NCBI GenBank assembly: GCA_051530055.1 | Contig: CM121342.1 | Coordinates: 2,080,797 to 2,144,796 of the forward strand | DNA length: 64,000 nucleotides | Source: Neoechinorhynchus agilis | Taxonomy: Eukaryota > Animalia > Acanthocephala | Reading direction: 5' to 3' | Shown here: piece after piece, positions 61,090 through 64,000 of the stretch | How positions within the stretch are numbered: the stretch's first letter is position 1 | How the letters are laid out: each line of letters opens with the position of its first letter | Position numbers and translations under genes: made by a program | The notes under the pieces: model-generated | Database searches by the model: none | Told to the model about the DNA's origin: nothing | The model's input: only the letters and a program-made list of their open reading frames with translations

Positions 61090-61210
61090 ATAGGATCATT
61101 CACACCACCGCTCTGGATCACTGAGCTGCCGCCCTGGTGTAATGGTCGAAAGGAAGGATGCAGCGTTCCCTCGTTGCACAGCCAGACTTATGTTTTGAAG
61201 GGAAGAATGT
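61090..61210 (-). mobile_element. CRE-like 3' end fragment
   Basis: LQNISLAVQRGNAASFLST; tail shared with 8170-8225. Confidence 0.7.
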
Positions 61211-61440
61211 CCTCTGATCGCTAGTGATTCGTTTTTTACCTAGTGTTCGTATTCATCGTATTCATTGTGTGTGTGGTCGTTGTGAAATTTTTAGCATGCA
61301 CCATAATGACTGGTTGTTCGGTGTGTCCAGCGTTAAAAATCGAACCTTAGCTCAGTCTTAATTTTTTTGTGAACACATTGAACACAAGACGTTTAAACCA
61401 TAAACCATCTATATTGAGCATTGTATTCGGGTGGTTAGGG

Positions 61441-61709
61441 TTATGTTGTTGTTTAGGTTGCTTGTCGATACCCTAGGGGGATCGCGTTAAAGACGAATTT
61501 CGACTTATTGTGAACCTACGGGGTTGACGAACTCGAGTTCCATAGTCAAAACGAAACAAATGATTTGGTGTGCGTTGTGACAAATTCCTCTGTAAATTTT
61601 TGTTAGATTGAATTGATAAAATGACTCTGATTCAATCAATCGAAATATCCATCGTCTTTAACGCGATCGCTCCCTCGAGTGTAGACAAGCGACCTAAATA
61701 ACCACATAA
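61441..61709. repeat. Degenerate MITE-like element with ~65-bp imperfect inverted arms
   Basis: 61441-61503 versus 61640-61709, with a perfect core gatcgcgttaaagacga / tcgtctttaacgcgatc. Confidence 0.5.
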
Positions 61710-62043
61710 ACCATCTATTTGCTAATTTATTTAGGAATCTGATGAAGATCCTTCGTTTTTCTTTAATAAGCGCATAATCATCGGGGTTTCTTGTGATAAA
61801 TTCATCCTTACGCTATAATTATTGTTGATCTTGAAGTAATTGCGATAAGAAAAAATTAATGAACCGTTTTCTCTAAATGTCACATTTAATACAACTTGTG
61901 TTTGTCGAAAAAATAATTAAAATAAAACGGAAAAGTAACCGCACTGTAGTATATGTGTGTGATCTTCGTTTTCAAAGAAGTCTAATTAGTTACATCGTCT
62001 TTCCTAGTCGATTGCTAATAATTCGGAATCACAATTTCCAATC

Positions 62044-63747
62044 ATGCACACTCTGAGGAATCACACGTTTGAGTCGGGTAATCAAATTCCAGAACAAGCG
62101 AACTCGGAGGATGGCCGTCTTCATCGACAAATAAACGCACTACCCGTTTGTGATCTTCAAGAAATATTGGAGTTTGCCGGCGCGCCTAGGCAAGGCATTC
62201 ACAGCCAATTAATTGAACGTTGCATTCACTTAATGTACCAGCAACCACAAATACTGAACTATAGACAGAAAGTCGATCAAGTGTTCACTTATAGATACAC
62301 AACTGAAACGGGATCTGTGATTTGGCCACTATTACCTAAACCGATCATTCTTCCCAGTCCACCAGCAATAGTGCCAAATAGTCAACAACCCAAAATTGAG
62401 TATCGTACATACCCGCAATTCCACTTTGAACCTCTTTGCTTCTACGATATTTACGCTCAATTGACCACACCGATCTCATTGTCACCGTCATGTGGGTGTC
62501 GCCTAAAAGCCGGAATTCCATTTCGGTCAAGTTTACAATTCAATCTTACTCTACAGCAATCGCAAGAGATATCATCGACGCAACATCTAAATCTCTCAAC
62601 AAATCCTGTAAACGAACCTAGTTCATTCGAGTGCTTCTATGATATTATCATCCGTTTCTGTAAAGTACCATCCCAAATGAATCGAGTTTCAGTTATTAGG
62701 CCAATTGAAGTTCAAGATAGTCTTCCGCCTAATCTACAAATGGTTGTCAATGGCCACCAAATAGCACTTCCTCCTGTGAAACCCAGTTGTCGGCCTGAAG
62801 GAGACATCCTTAGAGTTTCAAAAGCTATTCCAATCACACATCTAGTGAAACATGCAGAAAGTTGGAACGTTGTGGACATCGCGTGGACCACTCCACAACG
62901 ACTTGAAGTTGGACATAGCGGTCAATACGCAGCCGGTATTTATATGCTCAGGAAAGTAGATTTAAAAACGATGATAGATCGGGTAAAATTATTGCCTCGG
63001 ATCGATCCTGCAGTCACACGTTCAATGATTATCAATAAGACAGATCCGCAATCCGGGGAGGTGGTTTCAGACACACTTCTCGTTTCTCTAAAATGCCCGT
63101 TGTCTAAGATGATTATGACGCTACCAGTACGTGGATGTGATTGTAACCACATTCAATGTTTTGATTACGAATGCTACATCCTTATGAATCAAAAACGACC
63201 CACGTGGATGTGCCCCGTTTGTAATGAGCGGGTTCTCTTTAATCGACTGCAGATTGATGGGTTCCTTGTTGCTGTCCTCGCTCAATTTAATCATCTCGTC
63301 GCCAATACCGTTCAGTCTGAAGAACGCGACTGTATGCATGAAGTAGAATTTGATAGGTTCGCGAATTGGCGGGTGGTTTTACCACAACAACAAGCACAAT
63401 CGACGTCTTGTGCTCTTTCCAACAACCAGAAACGTCCGGATGCCGATGAATGTGTCGTAATCGATTCTGGAGATGAAGATCATCCATCACAAGCGCCTAT
63501 AGACCAGCCGGTGGCAAGCCAATTTTTCGGTCAATTGCAACCAACAACAACAACGGTGATGAATCAGATTGGACAATCCCCTCCGCCATCATCCACCAGT
63601 AACCACGCATTAAAAGAAGATCAATCAAGTAAACTAACTCCAACCAGGCGGACACGTAAACCTGTGAAGCGAAGGTCTCGAAAGTTGGCGAAACCTCCGG
63701 AAAATCAAAAGAAGGATCAGAGTATTGATGTGATCACCCTGGAATGA
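62044..63747 (+). CDS. PIAS: PIAS-family SUMO E3 ligase (SAP-PINIT-SP-RING-SIM), intronless, 567 aa
   Basis: SAP LPVCDLQEILEFAG...LIERCIHLM; PINIT-like CFYDI..LTTPISL / DSLPPNLQMVVN / SKAIPITHLVK; SP-RING VSLKCPLSKMIMTLPVRGCDCNHIQCFD...TWMCPVCN; SIM-like CVVIDSGDED and DVITLE. Confidence 0.93.
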   Translation: MHTLRNHTFESGNQIPEQANSEDGRLHRQINALPVCDLQEILEFAGAPRQGIHSQLIERCIHLMYQQPQILNYRQKVDQVFTYRYTTETGSVIWPLLPKPIILPSPPAIVPNSQQPKIEYRTYPQFHFEPLCFYDIYAQLTTPISLSPSCGCRLKAGIPFRSSLQFNLTLQQSQEISSTQHLNLSTNPVNEPSSFECFYDIIIRFCKVPSQMNRVSVIRPIEVQDSLPPNLQMVVNGHQIALPPVKPSCRPEGDILRVSKAIPITHLVKHAESWNVVDIAWTTPQRLEVGHSGQYAAGIYMLRKVDLKTMIDRVKLLPRIDPAVTRSMIINKTDPQSGEVVSDTLLVSLKCPLSKMIMTLPVRGCDCNHIQCFDYECYILMNQKRPTWMCPVCNERVLFNRLQIDGFLVAVLAQFNHLVANTVQSEERDCMHEVEFDRFANWRVVLPQQQAQSTSCALSNNQKRPDADECVVIDSGDEDHPSQAPIDQPVASQFFGQLQPTTTTVMNQIGQSPPPSSTSNHALKEDQSSKLTPTRRTRKPVKRRSRKLAKPPENQKKDQSIDVITLE

Positions 63748-64000
63748 ACCGTGTATTTGATTTTTCCTTATGGTTGCTTAATAAAAAAATTTGGAGCGAA
63801 AGGTTTATGGGCTTTGTGAAAAAAAGAAAATGCTCACATCGGAACTATTTCAACTGTTTCCCCTATTTCATCGTATATCTGTCGGGGGTAAAATTAAAAG
63901 TTACAGTGAGACTTCAGGAAAAGTATCTTTTAGAGATCTGTGAATTTCGATTCTATACCACAGTACGTTTAACGCTAACTAACCGGTTCCACCGTTGCAA

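Noticed and set aside
60600-61250. tRNA, snRNA or spliced-leader RNA gene
   Set aside because: No cloverleaf, A/B boxes or Sm-site structure could be supported; 61090-61210 is a CRE 3' end.

Overview
AT-rich eukaryotic (animal-like) genomic DNA dominated by decayed retrotransposons and recent segmental duplications. TEs seen: two Ty3/gypsy LTR families, CR1/L2-like, RTE and CRE-like (REL-endonuclease) non-LTR elements, an I/Jockey-type LINE family with a 3xCCHC ORF1, Penelope-like elements and small MITE-like hairpins. Among the TEs are apparently intronless host-type genes. Intact: a divergent actin, a PIAS SUMO E3 ligase, an ~845-aa coiled-coil protein with a possible HOOK/NuMA-type N-terminal domain, and a divergent homeobox gene. 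Lesioned: a KH?-Tudor gene, a TGS1 pseudogene, a GST-like remnant and a second coiled-coil pseudogene. The homeobox block and the coiled-coil gene each occur three times, in direct and inverted orientation. The only intact coiled-coil copy looks like a recombinant of the two broken arms of a head-to-head palindrome. All family calls come from reading motifs by eye, without database searches, and TE boundaries are approximate unless a junction sequence is quoted.
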